Assembly (NCBI GenBank): GCA_951406725.2 | Contig: OX597837.1 | Location: forward strand, 62,001 to 126,000 | Length of the DNA stretch: 64,000 bases | Source of the DNA: Octopus vulgaris | Taxonomy: Eukaryota | Direction of reading: 5' to 3' | Shown: positions 54,238-64,000 of the stretch, in pieces | Position numbering within the stretch: position 1 is the first letter of the stretch | How the letters are laid out: every line of letters begins with the position of its first letter | Position numbers and translations under genes: made by a program | Notes under the pieces: model-generated | Seen by the model: the letters and a program-made list of their open reading frames with translations, nothing else | Databases searched by the model: none | Told to the model about the DNA's origin: nothing

Positions 54238-54674
54238 ACGTTTAAATATTTGTTGTGCAAGATTTTTTATGTGAAGTCGTGTGTTGAAACAGATATTGTT
54301 ATATTTCGGAATGGTCATATTGCCAGTTTAGCCAATAAAAACACACGCACTATATATTTGGTGTTATTTTGCTTCAGTGATATTTATTTTTTACATTAAT
54401 CTTAATCTTATTTCGGCCAAAGTTCTTTCGTCACACTCCTGTGACCGCATCAGTGGTCCTTTGTTTTCTTCTCACAAAAGGAGAGACACAAATAAGTGAG
54501 AAGAAAACAAAGGACCACTGATGCGGTCACAGGAGTGTGACGAAAGAACCTTGGCCGAAATAAGATTAAGATTAATGTAAAAAATAAATATCACTGAAGC
54601 AAAATAACACCAAATAGTGCGTGTGTTTTTATTGGGCAAACTGGCAATATGACCATTCCGAAATATAACAATAT
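54238..54674. mobile_element. Fold-back PLE-terminus insertion in a TA microsatellite with two hammerhead-like motifs
   Basis: Near-perfect arms 54293-54475 and 54496-54674 with a 20-nt loop. Motif GGACCA-CTGATGC-G-GTCAC(AGGAGT)GTGAC-GAAA(GAAC)TT-TGGCC at 54415-54459 (-); the copy at 54512-54556 (+) has CT in place of TT. Confidence 0.85.
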
Positions 54675-54707
54675 ATATATATATATATAGATATATATAT
54701 ATATATC

Positions 54708-54872
54708 AGGCGCAGGTGTGGCTGTGTGGTAAGAAACTTGCTTCCCAACTACATGTTTCCAGGTTCAGTCCACCATCTGGTACATTGGGCAAGTGTCTTC
54801 TACTATCGCTTTGGGTTGACCAAAGGCTCGTGAATGGATTTGGTAGACGGAAACTGAAAGAAGCCCGTCGTG

Positions 54873-54915
<43 letters not shown>

Positions 54916-55112
54916 TTATGTCTATGTTTGTCCAAACCACCATCGCTTGACAACCGATGTTGGTGTGTTTACATTCCCGTAATATAGCGGTTTGGCAGAA
55001 GAGACCGATAGAATAAGCACAAAGAATAAGTTCAGGGTCGATTTCTTCGACTAAAAGGCAGTGCTCCAGCATGGCCACAGTGAAATGACTGAAATAAGTG
55101 AAAGAATAAAAG
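54708..55112 (+). mobile_element. SINE family B, full length
   Basis: AGGCGCAGGTGTGGCTGTGTGGTAAG..GGTTCAGTCC..GCTCCAGCATGGCCACAGTGAAATGACTGAAA. Confidence 0.9.
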
Positions 55113-55162
55113 AATATATATATATATGTGTGTATATATGTATATATATATATATATATAAT

Positions 55163-55395
55163 AGAAATATTAAAATTACTAAGTCTCTCTAAAAGAGAAC
55201 AGCGGCAGCGTTCCCGGAAAATAATAGTTATCGCCATACTAATATGGCATTCTTATAAAAATAAGAATAAAGCTGTCCGCTTATTAGCTCCATGAGGCCA
55301 TCGCCTTAAGTTAGCTATTTGATACACAAACTGTATGCATATAACCTTCGAACAAGGGAGGTCAGTCGCTCCACACTACTTGACCGGCAGCTACA
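55163..55395 (-). mobile_element. Diverged relative of the retrozyme/PLE-terminus family
   Basis: CGAACAAGGGAG is shared with the spacer at 183-194, and AAGGGAGGTCA with the reverse complement of ~4263-4273. Bounded by TA runs. Confidence 0.4.
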
Positions 55396-55996
55396 TATAT
55401 GTATGTGTCACAAATACACATACATATATACACACACAAATATATATATATACATACTTACACACACATACATACATGGACACACATACTTACATATGTA
55501 TACATACATGCATGCATACAAGTATGTGTATAGATGCACATTTTCCACATACACACACCCACATATATATAAGAATATGTTCATATAAATGTATGTATAT
55601 GCATAATTACATACATACACAAACAAGTAGCTACGCACTGATATATATAGAAAGTATATATAAAAAACATATTCATGTTGACAGATGCACACACACACAC
55701 ACATACACACATACACAAACACTCAAACATACATTTATATATGCATGTGTATATGTTTATACATATATATACACATGTGTGTGTCTAAGTGTGTATATAT
55801 ATATGCATGTGTGTGTGTGTAGAAGTCACACCGGAATAAATGTATAAGTAAACGAATATATTCCTGTAAACTTTGTGCCCAGTCAACCGTGAAAAGTATA
55901 ATCGTGATTCCATTTCGTAATGTTCGGGCAATTATATTATCCATTGCTTTATTTACCGTCAATCTATCTTTGTATGTCAGTCTGTCTGTCTGTTTG

Positions 55997-56091
<95 letters not shown>

Positions 56092-56110
56092 CTCTTTCTC
56101 TCTATCTATG

Positions 56111-56151
<41 letters not shown>

Positions 56152-56167
56152 ATCTATCTATCTATCT

Positions 56168-57258
56168 GATGCGCAGACACGCGCTGAGACTGCGACTTCT
56201 CCGGCTCTATGTAGACGACGGTGAACAGGTGTGGTCGCCGTTTGTGAGGCACGCTTTCCCGCAGCTCGTCTCCATGACCGAACTGCAGTCGTGGATCAAA
56301 AAGAGGCCGAGGAAGGGCGAATGGCACCGCGAGTGTCGCGTTGCTCTCAAGCAACTCTGCCGTCTCGGGTCGACCTTGATTGACTTCAACACAACCAAAG
56401 CATTCTATGGGGGATTAGTGGAGGGGAGGTACGACGACGATCTTGGGGCAAACCTGGGCGTCGACGAGGAATACCTGACCCGCCTGTTTGAAACGACTTT
56501 CGGGCCGGGACCTATGGACAACTTCCAAAGATCTCTAGCCTGGCGGTGCTACCGAGAAGCGCTACCCGTTCGGGATAAGCTCTATAAGCATGGCTCGAGA
56601 AACACGGGGCCGACCTGCCCGAGATGCGGGCAGAGCGACGAAACCATTTTGCACGCAATCGTGCAGTGTCCAACAATCTCCGACCTGTGAGCTTATGTCG
56701 AACGACTGCTGTCACGTGTGGGACGTGTCGGTTTACCAGCCGAGTCTATCGTTAATATAGTCACGCCTCCTTCCTTCAAACGGGAAGGAAGAGCTATTTT
56801 CATCATACTTGTGGCTATGGCGAAAGAATGTATCTGGTGGACGCGCCTGAAAGGATTAGATACAAACACTTTCCTCTCTGGTCAATCACTCATCAACTTC
56901 TTCAAGTATCACTTGAAGAGGAAAGTGAGAGTAGAGAGGCAAGTTTTGTCTAGTGAATGTTTTAAAAAAAGATGGGTGAATGTAGCAAGGATGGCGCGTA
57001 TGAATGACGAAGCCACCTTGAGTATGATCCTATGAACCGTAAAAATTAATACAGAGAGTTGCTTATTTGTAAAAAAAATATAACATGTGACTTCATTGAC
57101 CGAGGTTACCGTGGTCTTTTCCGTAGGCTTTTCTTTCCACGGGTAAAACACACCTGTCTTCCCCTTTACACTTTATATTGACATTTCTGTGATAACGATC
57201 CCTATTGATCGATTTTTTCCTTTTGCTTTTATTTTTATACCCCCGCCCTTTTTTCCCC
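56168..57258 (+). mobile_element. Tx1/L1-clade retrotransposon, second 5'-truncated copy
   Basis: Nearly identical to ~8143-9225, with intact zf-RVT TCPRCGQSDETILHAIVQC and a premature TGA at 56688-56690. The 5' junction lies in (ATCT)n. Confidence 0.92.
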
Positions 57259-57259
57259 C

Positions 57260-58078
57260 AGCGACTGGTTAAAATTGACGAAATGCTCGAAATTAAAGAC
57301 GAAATATCTTACAACCTACAGAATTTTCTCAATAAAGCCACGAGAAAATGATGTTTTATAAACACATTCTACCAGTATACGAAGTTTAAAACTTTTTAGT
57401 TACCTAGAAATTATGTTACAAAGTGCCGTTCAAAAGGAAAAGATCCGGGCGGAGAAAGGGATTTCAAAACAAACGAATACAGACGCAAACATGAATGCCA
57501 GTACCACCACCATCACTACCACCACCAACAACATTGAAATCAGCACAAAGCCGCCCTCCGAAGACAGCACCACCAACACCAATACTACCACCACGACTTC
57601 AACTGCTACAACTAACTCCTCTACCACTAACAGCACCAAAAATAAAACAAACTTCGCGGAAGCGATAAAACAAAAGAAAACAATCGTAAAATTCACCGCG
57701 CAAGAAATAAACCACACAAAGGCACTCCTCACCAAAGAAGGAGATAAATTGCATCTCCACATTCCACAACACATCGTGCAAAACACACAAAAACAATAAT
57801 ATACAAAGTTATCAACAAGAAGACAAGACGACCAGAAAGTGCACCGCAGCAAAAAATTGAAAATACCTTCGCCCTGTATAGGATTCAAAGGAATACGTTA
57901 GTTGGTGGCATAAATTTGGCACAATCCAAGTAAGTTTCCACAATGAAAATCTAGCGAAACGATTTTCCACATTGGATCTGCATACAGATGACTTGGTGAT
58001 GATACCAACCTATTTAGGCCAGAGGATGACAAAAGTCACAATAAAAAATGTACCACCTGAAGTAGAAATACTGTATTC
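57260..58078 (+). pseudogene. Non-LTR ORF1 (gag-like) 5' fragment homologous to 4684-5534
   Basis: TNFAEAIK (cf. SYAQAA), KFGTIQVSF (cf. KFATVEVRF) and IPTYLGQRMTKVTIKNVPPEVEI (cf. SYCGKRATKVKIGKVPPELEV). Confidence 0.75.
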
Positions 58079-58603
58079 GTGTGTGTCTTCTAGGATCTCG
58101 GGCATCCTCCATCCGATTGCGCCCAAATTTGATATGTAGATACCGACGGTATCAGGACTGTATAAGTCTTGAAAAAAATTGCAAAATTCGATTCCAGGTG
58201 AGAATGCGATCGATAAAGGCGTTTTTGTCCTACCTTTCTTCCGTCAACCTGTACATAACTGCACCTGCCATTTTTTGTTGTTTTTGTACTGCTTAAAGGT
58301 ACGTTTCTTTCCTGCCAAGCTTACTGTTTAAACCATGTTTGTGTTCTCGTAGTCAACAGCCTTATCATTACTGGTACTTTAAACTCTTCGGTTGCATATT
58401 TGTGTGAATAAAATCGTTTTTCTTTGGAATAAAAAAAAAAGTCAATCTTTATTTCTTCTTTTGCTGGTGTTTCAAATTTAGGTTAAATTAGTGTTTCTCA
58501 AAGAGGAGGCATATGGGACGGTCGGACAAGTTGTTTTGAGAAAATTTGGTTTAAATATTTGGCAACTCAGCACCGCCCATTGGATGGGGGGGGCGTTTTG
58601 CTA

Positions 58604-58604
<1 letters not shown>
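58079..58604 (+). mobile_element. Non-autonomous Helitron-like element
   Basis: 3' hairpin CGCCCAT..ATGGG..GGGCG followed by TTTTGCTAG|T (CTAG at 58601-58604). Confidence 0.55.
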
Positions 58605-58635
<31 letters not shown>

Positions 58636-58637
<2 letters not shown>

Positions 58638-58977
58638 CGGAGATGTACTCGCATAGCAAGTAATTTGATCTGAGATCGTGTGCTGAAACGAAAACAATTG
58701 CAGCGTGGAAGGTGTTTATAAGCCATTTAAGAAACACACAAAAGCCGTTCGATTCACTTCAACATTTAAGTTTAATTTGTCAAAATATTTTCGTCGCTAA
58801 AATCCGCGACCTGTTCACTGACAAAGTCCGTGCTGCATCGGACTTTGTCAGTGAACAGGTCGCGGATTTTAGCGACGAAAATATTTTGACAAATTAAACT
58901 TAAATGTTGAAGTGAATCGAACGGCTTTTGTGTGTTTCTTAAATGGCTTATAAACACCTTCCACGCTGCAATTGTGT

Positions 58978-58980
<3 letters not shown>
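58636..58980. mobile_element. Perfect fold-back insertion (137-bp arms, 8-nt loop) in a TA microsatellite
   Basis: 58694-58830 is the exact reverse complement of 58839-58975. Unpaired ~58-nt tail at 58636-58693. Confidence 0.92.
58844..58893 (+). ncRNA. Minimal hammerhead ribozyme, G3-C8 variant (mirror copy at 58776-58825, - strand)
   Basis: TTTGTCA-GTGAACA-G-GTCGC(GGATTTTA)GCGAC-GAAA(ATAT)TT-TGACAAA: 7-bp stem I, 5-bp stem II and palindromic stem III. Confidence 0.8.
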
Positions 58981-59039
<59 letters not shown>

Positions 59040-60614
59040 CTAGCAGAGATACCCGGCATTGCTCGGGATTAAAACAACATAGTTTATATATATATTACGG
59101 TTATGTTGAAACATGTGATATGGAAATTGCACCATTGACGACAAAATATTTGTGGAGTAAATGATGGACTAATTCGACTAAGCGACATGTCATGCGACCG
59201 TTTCGAGTATTCCAGGCCTTAACCCGTCATGGAAAATTGGGGATAGGTTGTGTGTGATTTTTGAACGCACTGAAAAGCTGTCAGCGGATAGACTCTCCTT
59301 TGCGGCGGTTGTCGCTGCGTCTAACACGACCCATTGTTTGTTTGACAGTCGAATGAATGGATGTGCAATGGAGATATTGTACGTAAATGAATACACTCAG
59401 AAAAGGGGATGCAATAGGAGACGGCAACGGGGAAGTGAATAATTGAAATGTTGCAGAAGGCGAAGGATTGATACTGGATTGCTGGTGTGGCGTAGAATAA
59501 GAAACACAAACTGAGCCTATGCTGCAACATGAGAATATGTGGTAATGAATTACTTGAAAAAATGTGTAATGGCTTAACGCATGGTTGGTGGGAGTAATTG
59601 GAGAATATGCTTTGATATTAAAGTCCATGCAGGAAAATGCTTTGTTGATGCAGTCTCGGGGTTGTTGGTATTATGCCGAAATGGTATCCATCTTCACCAT
59701 TCACAAAGAGCAATGGATACTGGAGCACATCGTAGGATGTAGTAATTCCAAAAAACCTTTTGGTAAACAATATTCTTTGTTTCCTCTTGTGGAACAAATG
59801 CAAATAGACTCTTTTTGCTTCCCACTCTTGAGCAGCCAACATTTAATCGCTCGTGTGAGAAGTATGACTCTTCCAAGCGAAGTTCTACCACAGACAGTGT
59901 TTGACCCTGGGATATTTTGATAGACATTGCGAAGCTGATACGAATAGGAAATTGCACTCTTCTAATTGAAAAAAGAATTTCTGCTCCCAATGGAATGAGA
60001 GGGATTCTGGGTAAGAAAACATCCCCTCCTTTTCCACATCCAGAGAGAATGGTGGCCTAAATAACAAGTGGCATCATCTTCTTTACCACCGGGCGTGTCC
60101 TGTTGCAGAGTGTTGGTGGATCCAAACTTCTCAATAACATTACCAGAGTTCCATTCTGTGCGGATGTAATCTTGGAGGCTCCAATGAACTGAGAAATTCT
60201 GTTGGTTAATCTACCACCTGTTCTGGATCTGGGATTGTATCAATTGACTTATAAATGTGTGGACTTCCCGGTAGGTACCGCAGCAGCTGTTCATTAATTT
60301 TACTTGCAGTGCTATTTTTTGGAGCCGATTAAAATTGTGATAATATTTTGACCAATGGATGTAAGGAGACAATCAGTTTCTGAAAGTTACTTCGCAAAGA
60401 GTTACCTTCCTTCTCGACATAACCCAGGAACGGGTGTTTTCTGCTCTCAGGGGGCTCGTTTCTTATTATATGAAACATTTTAAGAGTCTAAAACCATCTG
60501 CGGAACGTAAACAATGTATGTTCCCAGTTTGGAGAAAATTAGTTGAAAAATACGGCCGTTATAATCTTTTACACACATACGCACATACAGACAGAACGGG
60601 ATTTATATTATAGA
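59040..60614 (-). mobile_element. Internally deleted Helitron with Pif1-helicase and Rep-region fragments
   Basis: - strand A|TC...hairpin CCCGAGCAATGCCGGG..CTAG|T. Encodes LPGSPHIYKSIDT..PTEFLSSL, LCNRTR, VFLPRIP, RVQFPIRISFAMSIKISQGQTL..FSH..CSRV, then SYDVLQYPLLFVNGEDGYH. Confidence 0.92.
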
Positions 60615-61134
60615 TATACCCTCTCAGCGAACTGACAGGTATTCTTACAGTCTTTACCTTTTCACTTCAAATTCCACCCAGTTCAACTCTGCCTTTCATT
60701 CGCTTGAAGTCATCAGAATGAAGGACCATTAAAGAACTTGCCTCAATTCTATGTACTTACCACCTCTTTGCAAAATTTCAGACCCGATGTCTTAATTAGA
60801 TAAATAACTATTATAATGGAATCACTTCCGTGTCTTGACAAACACTCATTTACATAACGGTGCAATGTTGTCTGCAGTACAATATTTACTAGAATAGAGA
60901 ACTAAAAAATAGCACCAGTAATGAATAAATAATTAAATTCACGATGTCTAATTTCAAAGTTCGAGATAAATATCAATCCGGATATCTATTTATTGATAAT
61001 CCATTCTAATAATTATTCAGATCTGATCGATCCATTTCTAGTTGTGATTGGTTATTGATCTGTTTTATTTTTGCACCGAATTTAGAGAGTAATAAAGTTA
61101 TTGTTTTTATAGGGTTTGGAGCGGGAAAACGACA

Positions 61135-61398
61135 CTATTTACAATGTCACAATATTTATAATGTCATAGTATTTATGCCGTAACGATTTTTATGTTGTCA
61201 CAGTATTTATGATGTCAGAGTATTTTTGGCTCAGCCTTTATGATGTCACTGTATTTATGATCCCACAGCATTTATAATGTAATAGCATTTATGATGTCAC
61301 AGTATATATGATATCACAGCATTTACGGTGTCATAGTGTTTATGATATCGCTGTATTTATGAAGTCACATTTATGGTGTTACATTATTTATAATGTCG
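61135..61398. repeat. Degenerate ~17-bp minisatellite
   Basis: Consensus ATTTATGATGTCACAGT repeated more than 10 times. Confidence 0.85.
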
Positions 61399-61401
61399 CG
61401 A

Positions 61402-61525
61402 AGGCGGCGAGCTAGCAGAATCGCTAGCACACCAGACGAAATGCTTAGCGGTCTGTCTTTACGTTATTAGTCCAAATTCCGCCGAAGTCGACTTTGCCTT
61501 CCATCCTATCGGGGTCGATAAATAG
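61402..61525 (+). mobile_element. SINE family A 5' part
   Basis: AGGCGGCGAGCTAGCAGAATCGCTAGC..GTCGACTTTGCCTTCCATCCTATCGGGGTCGATAAA. Confidence 0.8.
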
Positions 61526-62017
61526 ACGACACTTGCTCAAGTTGCCACGTGTGGAGTTTGAGCCACACAGCCATTACACTATCCAGGTACAATAATCTTG
61601 GAGACTGGAATATCAGTTTCTTCATGGAAAAACTTCAATGAATGACATTCGTTTTGAATTCTTTTGAGAACAACATTCTAATGGTGGTGGTTGCGGTGAT
61701 TATGGTGATGATAGTGGTGGTGGAGGTGGTGGTGGCGCTTGGAAGTGTGTTTTGATCCAAGTTTCGTCCTATGTTCTCTGACTGATTCCATCTCCTAGCT
61801 TAACGCCTCGTCATTGGTGCCCTTCAGTTCTGTTCTCCGATGTTGAAATACTCAAACTCCTCGAGACCCCAGAAACGTCACTGATGGTGTATCTCAGAGC
61901 ATCCGCCTCTGATGTGTGTCTCGGAATTACGAATTTTAGAAACCCTTCTTTTTTTATAATATGCAGAAGAAAGGTCATTCCTAGTTTTCTGGGAGTCTAG
62001 TTTTGTTTTAATCTTAA

Positions 62018-62457
62018 CTTCAAATTTTGGCACAAAGCCAGCAACTTCGCGGGAGGGGTTAAGTCGGTTATATCGATCCCAGTACTCAACTGGTACTTAT
62101 TCTTATCGACCCCGAAAGGATGAAAGGCGAGGTCGACCTCGGTGGAATTTGAACTCAAAACGTAAAGACGGACGAAATATCACTAAGTATCTAGTCCGGA
62201 GCGATAACAATTCTGCCAGCTCTGAGCCTTAATTTTGCTTTCATATTGATTCCAAATTTTGGCACAAGGCCAGCACTTTCGGAGGAGGGGAAAATCGATT
62301 ACATGACCTCCAGTGTTTGACTTGAACTTATTTTATCGACCCCCAAAAGATGAAAGGCAAAGTCGACCTCGGCGGCATTTGAACACATTTGAACATTTGA
62401 AATGTCGCTAAGCATTTTGCCCGGCGTGCTAACGATTCTGCCATCATGCCGCCTTCA
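62018..62457 (-). mobile_element. Two tandem SINE family A copies
   Basis: CAAATTTTGGCACAA.GCCAGCA..TATCGACCCC.AAA.GATGAAAGGC..GTCGACCTCGG occurs twice. Confidence 0.85.
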
Positions 62458-63705
62458 GATTTGCTTTGATATCAAAACAAATTTCCTAATCACGATACGA
62501 ACTCACCGATTATTATGTGTAAAGATAAATGTCCCTCATAAAAAACCCGAATAGAAAATGTCTTACGCTTAGTGAGGAATATTGAAATAATGCGATGAAG
62601 GAAAACAATGACCTACTTAAGAGGTTCTCTGTGTGTGTATGTGTGTGTCTGTGCACGCATGTATAAGCGTGTGTGTAAGCATGTTAGTGAGTATATATAT
62701 ATATATATATATATACGCACACACGTTAGATACAAACGTACAGAAACAGATAAAATCAACCATGATTGCAATAAAATGACATTAATACATATTATAACTT
62801 CATTTACAAACACAAACACTCACACACGCGCCTTCGCACACATACAGACACTCAAACACACACATAAAAGCCATACCTCTGTAGGTATACTTGTACAGAA
62901 TATCGAAAAATACATACGACCATATATTATCATAAGCACACACACACACACACACGCACATACAAACATACACACACACACAAACATACACACACAACAT
63001 GCACCATGCACACAAACACACGCTCATATACGCTTACACTAACACACATATATACATACAATCGTACCTGTGTTTATATAGGTATTTCGAAATATACAAA
63101 TCTACAAATATTGACATAAACATTCCCCCATCCCCACATTCGTACAAATACACACACAAACAGAAGTGTCTAACAGACGATGCCATCTTCAAGACAATTT
63201 ACCATTCTACACAGAACGAATATCTTTAACAGCAAACACTGCTCAATATCTGATAACAAAACACCAACAACACTTCTGGATTAAACACACAGACGCTTCA
63301 TTCGTTTCGTTTTTATCTTCAGGCCACCATTTTGTTTTCACACCATTTCTTCTCAGTTTTATGTTTAATTTGAGTTTTATTTTTAGTTTTTTTTTACCTT
63401 TCTTTTATAAATTTGCGCGTATGCGCACAGTCGAGCACATACCCACACATACAGACAGACAGACAAACACACACACACATGAATGTACGTATATGTATGT
63501 ATGTATGAATGTATGTATGTATGTATGTATATATATATACATACATATACGTACATTCATGTGTGAGTGTGTGTCGGTCTATATGTGTGTGTGTGTGTGT
63601 GCATGTGATATATATATATATATCTGTTTGCATATATGCGTATTTATATACATGTACTTATATATGTATATATATGCATATATATGTATATATATATTTG
63701 CATAT

Positions 63706-63744
<39 letters not shown>

Positions 63745-64000
63745 TTATAAATATATTCATTTATGTACATAATAATTATATACATATATGTGTGAATATA
63801 TATGCATAATAGATATATATATTCACAAAGGAGTGAAATAAAGAGTCAGAGAGCACGACAGAAAGAGAGGGAGAGGGAGAAAGAGGGAGAGAGAGAGGTG
63901 AAAAGAGAAAGAGAGCTCAAGAGGAAGAGAGTATATTTAATTTTTCTTTTCTCTAAATGTGTTTCTCAAAATGTGTTTCTCAAAATAATTTTCTCATTTC

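Noticed and set aside
58694-58975. pre-miRNA or DNA-transposon MITE interpretation of the palindrome
   Set aside because: The arms are too long and perfect for a miRNA precursor. The asymmetric tail and embedded hammerhead match the PLE fold-back pattern rather than symmetric TIRs.
61135-61398. CRISPR-like array (also considered for 34787-34879)
   Set aside because: Contiguous tandem units without unique spacers, a eukaryotic context and no cas genes.

Overview
AT-rich, microsatellite-saturated eukaryotic non-coding DNA. I could not support any host protein-coding exon; nearly all ORFs in the track are (TA)n, (CA)n, (ATCT)n or triplet-repeat artefacts. The SINE repertoire (a tRNA-Arg-like family and two other abundant tRNA-derived families) and the repeat landscape suggest a coleoid cephalopod, probably Octopus. 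This is inference from recalled families, not a database result. Recognisable content: Penelope-like retroelements (PLEs; RT plus GIY-YIG, two types), Tx1/L1-clade copies sitting in (ATCT)n, a degenerate R4/Dong-like LINE, CR1/RTE fragments, mariner relics including a two-headed MITE, hAT MITEs, Helitrons and many SINEs. The most interesting signal is about 15 minimal type-I hammerhead ribozyme motifs from several unrelated element families. They show C3-G8, U3-A8 and G3-C8 forms of the tertiary core pair. Most sit in short fold-back (inverted-repeat) insertions in TA microsatellites, and one heads a terminally redundant ~353-bp non-coding unit resembling a non-LTR retrozyme. All alignments and folds were done by eye.
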